This document shows positions 60,776 through 64,000 of a DNA stretch of 64,000 bases, piece after piece (the stretch's first letter is position 1; each line of letters starts with the position of its first letter). The notes beneath the pieces were generated by a model. It worked only from the letters and a program-made list of their open reading frames with translations, made no database searches and was not told where the DNA came from. The translations under genes and the position numbers were made by a program. Source of the stretch: Patellaria atrata CBS 101060. Lineage: Eukaryota. The stretch lies in NCBI GenBank assembly GCA_010093705.1, contig MU006098.1, positions 355,981 through 419,980 on the forward strand, read 5' to 3'.

Positions 60776-63700
60776 ATGACACCGCCAACAACAGGCCAGT
60801 CGCGTGTGCAAATAGGCAGCGTCAAGAGCGCGGTTAGCTCATACACGACATGCTCCTCGCTCACGGTCACAGAATTACAATCACTTCTAAACATCCTTCC
60901 AAATCCGGTACAAGAAGACCTTAAATCCAATGCTTCAGCTAAGGCATTAAAGACAGTGGCAAAAAAGACAAGAAACACTCGTCCTAGAGTTGACAATTCA
61001 CAAACAGTTACCCTTGAGACCCTACCTACAATCTACCCCAAACTCTCCCCCCGAGAACGATACATACTCGCTACGGATGTCGTGAACAGTTGTCTGAAGT
61101 CCCTATCCGAGGCCCTCAAATTCTCATCTAAAGTGTCACTGCCACCGCGACAGAAGCAATTAGACAAATCTTACGATGACCGCCCCTCCCGACCGAGAGC
61201 GCATACTCGAACTACGTCGAACACTCAAGAACCACTACGGCCACGTTCTATAAATGAGTCTACCTATTCCTCTGTTCAGCAACATTCTCTCAATGGACAA
61301 CCTTCTAGGGCTACGAGTTTTCCAACAGACCTACAACCCGGGTTGAAGGCAACGGCACAATGTGCAAGAGCAGCTTTTCAATACTTGAGAACTCCTGAGG
61401 CTCAGAAATTCTGTAATAATGAAACTCACCCATTCCAGGTAGAGAATGGTATGCTGGCCTTTATCGGGAAAGTGGTCAGTCTCGGCATGGATAAGACAGC
61501 AATCGAAGAGCTGCGCATTCTCAAGAGACGGTTAGATTCCAAACGGGATGCAAGTGAAGATTCTCCAGAATTGCAAAATGAACCAATCGGAGAAAATTCC
61601 AGTGCAGCTTCGGGGAAGAAAATATTCTCCAAGTTGCTCAACTTCAAGGTAGTATCAATGGATAGTGCGTTACTCGCTCTTATCATTGGTTATCAAATAC
61701 ATGTCCTGAGGATACTTGCTTCAAACCGCCGTCCGGCCGCTGTGGACGCTGTAATTGAATATATGTTGCCGTCTTCACCCTCGTCTCCTCTTAACCTTGG
61801 GATCAAGTGCGCCGAATCGCAAAACTATAGTAGCAAAATCGCAAGGCACCTGGAATCATTCTCGAATATCCTTCTCTCTCTGTGCCCTAGCAATGCGCTA
61901 GCAGAGGATGCTGAGGCGCTCAATAAGGATCTCTACCCAAGTCCCAGTAATGTCCTTAAGTTGCAATGCCTAGCGTTGCATGCTCGAGCATTATGGTGGC
62001 AAATCGCGGGACATGAAGGCAACGCTGGAAGAGACCTTCTTGACCCTTTCTCCAAGAATGTTGATGTTTTCATCCGAAGGTCACAGGAAAACCCAGATCA
62101 TCGATTGATATTGGTACAGAGTCTCTGGAAAAACTTCGAATCTGTTTTGAACCATTTATCTACCCAGATGCTTCATGCTATAGAAGCCGATAAAGCTCGA
62201 CGTAGTATACTTCAAAACCTAGCATCTCTTGCACAGTCTGCCTCAAAGATCGAGGATGCTTTGAACTGGGCCGAATTATCTGTTCCAGAAAGGGTAGCGA
62301 CCAAATCCGAAATAAGAACAGCTAGCGTTGCTGTTCGTAAAGCTACCGTAGGCTTGAAGTCCATGGAATCACCCACTAGAGGCTGCAATGTGGAAGCTCT
62401 TGTGGTTACTGCTCAAGAATCGCTGGATTGTCGGTTGAGGGGAGATGCTGCAGATCTGGATGTCCTTCTCGGTGATATCAGTGATCTGAGAAGAGCCGCT
62501 ACGAAGTTACTCATGTCGTGCGAACCTGACTCGAAACAAGATGCGGAAGGCTCCATAGAGTCACCTTGGGTCATAGGGGCTTTGTGCATTCACTCATGTG
62601 TAAGATTCTTAGCTAGATATGTGGGGAAGAGACGTGATAACTCGGATACAAAAAAGGACACCGACAGGCATGCAGAGAAACTGGCTTTGGCCCGTAGACT
62701 GGCCAAAGGTTTTATCGACTCTGCTATTGTCTGCTGTAAAAGCTTAATAGACACGCGGAACGTGAAATGGGAAGAGTTCGACGTTGTACTTCGCGATTGT
62801 GAGACTATCATATCAGGAATTCATCAGGACTTCGAGGAAAACGCCATCTCAGAATGGCACAGTTCCGCTCAATACCCTCTTGTTCGGATCTCTAATACAT
62901 ATTGGGCCTATTATCTACGTTATGATAAGAAAAACGAGCAATCGGAAAGGGTCAATCTTCTTAACGCGGTTCGACGGTCAGTCGACGTATTATCTGATAG
63001 TGGAACAGCGGAACAAGCGTCTGGATACCTGAGTATCAAGCTTGAGAGGCTTGGATTATTGTATGAAGCAGTTTCTCGCTTTAGTCGTGCACATGCTTCT
63101 TTATACAAAGCTATTCAAGTATCTATCAATTCTGGTTTCCTTCGCGGTATCGCAAAGTTGGCAGAAACAACCAGTCTAAGTGAGATAAGACAAAAGGACC
63201 GCAATGGGCTACTTCTCGACCGTATCATATTATCTTACCAGCGCATAACATTGAAATATGTACCAGAGACATCGGAGGAGGGTATTTTCTCGGGCTTCTT
63301 TGATAACCCAAGTTTGATACCTGATCAGCGTGGTCTCTTACTTGAGTGGCAGCTCGCTCTATTTGCTGAGTCTCAATCCATGTCTCGTAATGAAGACGTG
63401 CGCATATGGGATTCTATTGCGAATTTATCAGAGCTCTTAAAGGTCGTATATTCTTCTTCCGACTTCCCTCTCCGGCGACAAAGAGCAGCAATGATTATTT
63501 TACGCCTCACCCAGAAGCATAAGGACATGCCCGACCCGGGGTGGATTTCCTGGGCTGTCGAGTGTTCTAATAAGTATACGAGCTCTTTAGCCAATGATGC
63601 TGGGTTATCTATGTATCAAGGTGGTATTCGCGCATCGCTAGCTACTTGGATCACGTTTCGGGAGTACCCATCGTCAATTGATGTTCTTCAATCCTCTCTC

Positions 63701-64000
63701 CGCACATGGCAAGATATTTTAGACTCTTCAGATTCTTCTAAAGCCTTGAACAGCCAAATCGATGACTTTAACCAATGGATATCCCTGCTTAACCTGATTT
63801 CTGAGTATCTCGATGGTCAAGGTGAAGAGTATCTTCGGATTCCTGCATTAACGTTATTGTCGCGTGCCATGGAACTTCAGTCTCCCCAGGATCCCGGAAT
63901 GAGAGTTTCTTGCTACTCGAGTCTAGGGTTGTGCTTTCTACAACTAGGGTACTCTGGCAAATGCGGTCTCGTTCTGGCGAAAGCTCAATCATTACTAGAT
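60776..64000 (+). CDS. ESP1: Separase (separin; Esp1/Cut1/BimB), N-terminal part, runs off the window
   Basis: Frame from ATG 60776 is still open at the window end. ERYILATDVVN, QVENGMLAFIGKVVSLG..IEELRILKRRL, FPLRRQR and QLGYSGKCGLVLAKA match filamentous-fungal separase N-termini. The protease domain is not in the window. Confidence 0.85.
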   Translation, partial: MTPPTTGQSRVQIGSVKSAVSSYTTCSSLTVTELQSLLNILPNPVQEDLKSNASAKALKTVAKKTRNTRPRVDNSQTVTLETLPTIYPKLSPRERYILATDVVNSCLKSLSEALKFSSKVSLPPRQKQLDKSYDDRPSRPRAHTRTTSNTQEPLRPRSINESTYSSVQQHSLNGQPSRATSFPTDLQPGLKATAQCARAAFQYLRTPEAQKFCNNETHPFQVENGMLAFIGKVVSLGMDKTAIEELRILKRRLDSKRDASEDSPELQNEPIGENSSAASGKKIFSKLLNFKVVSMDSALLALIIGYQIHVLRILASNRRPAAVDAVIEYMLPSSPSSPLNLGIKCAESQNYSSKIARHLESFSNILLSLCPSNALAEDAEALNKDLYPSPSNVLKLQCLALHARALWWQIAGHEGNAGRDLLDPFSKNVDVFIRRSQENPDHRLILVQSLWKNFESVLNHLSTQMLHAIEADKARRSILQNLASLAQSASKIEDALNWAELSVPERVATKSEIRTASVAVRKATVGLKSMESPTRGCNVEALVVTAQESLDCRLRGDAADLDVLLGDISDLRRAATKLLMSCEPDSKQDAEGSIESPWVIGALCIHSCVRFLARYVGKRRDNSDTKKDTDRHAEKLALARRLAKGFIDSAIVCCKSLIDTRNVKWEEFDVVLRDCETIISGIHQDFEENAISEWHSSAQYPLVRISNTYWAYYLRYDKKNEQSERVNLLNAVRRSVDVLSDSGTAEQASGYLSIKLERLGLLYEAVSRFSRAHASLYKAIQVSINSGFLRGIAKLAETTSLSEIRQKDRNGLLLDRIILSYQRITLKYVPETSEEGIFSGFFDNPSLIPDQRGLLLEWQLALFAESQSMSRNEDVRIWDSIANLSELLKVVYSSSDFPLRRQRAAMIILRLTQKHKDMPDPGWISWAVECSNKYTSSLANDAGLSMYQGGIRASLATWITFREYPSSIDVLQSSLRTWQDILDSSDSSKALNSQIDDFNQWISLLNLISEYLDGQGEEYLRIPALTLLSRAMELQSPQDPGMRVSCYSSLGLCFLQLGYSGKCGLVLAKAQSLLD

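Noticed and set aside
1..64000. CRISPR arrays, rRNA genes, prokaryotic operons
   Set aside because: None seen; the sequence is fungal with spliceosomal introns.

Overview
Eukaryotic, intron-containing DNA from a filamentous ascomycete (gene content looks Dothideomycete-like; the species cannot be fixed from this window). From left to right: (1) the 5' part of a RIP-mutated Ty3/gypsy LTR retrotransposon on the minus strand, with a Tf1-type self-priming signature; (2) three divergent paralogues of a BTB/POZ-like family, one of them a pseudogene; (3) about 6 kb of gene-poor, degenerate DNA; (4) three small secreted beta/gamma-crystallin-like genes, one with ATA in place of ATG; (5) an FMO, mitoribosomal mL50 and an Slk19-domain gene; (6) a candidate terpenoid locus: SAM methyltransferase, Pth11-like membrane protein, and a P450 divergent from a UbiA-type terpene cyclase/prenyltransferase; (7) F-box/LRR, SIRT4-like sirtuin, Myb factor, membrane-anchored fucose-lectin-like propeller, a charge-segregated low-complexity protein, OXNAD1-like reductase, exportin-T, two hypothetical genes and the 5' end of separase. 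The most unexpected signal is two unannotated intergenic loci (about 19.94-20.16 kb and 57.41-57.75 kb) with the same architecture: TATA, tRNA-like A/B-box head that does not fold as a tRNA, hairpins ending in a cUUCGg stem-loop, then oligo(T). They are candidate Pol III structured ncRNAs. All calls come from manual reading; no searches or folding programs were run.
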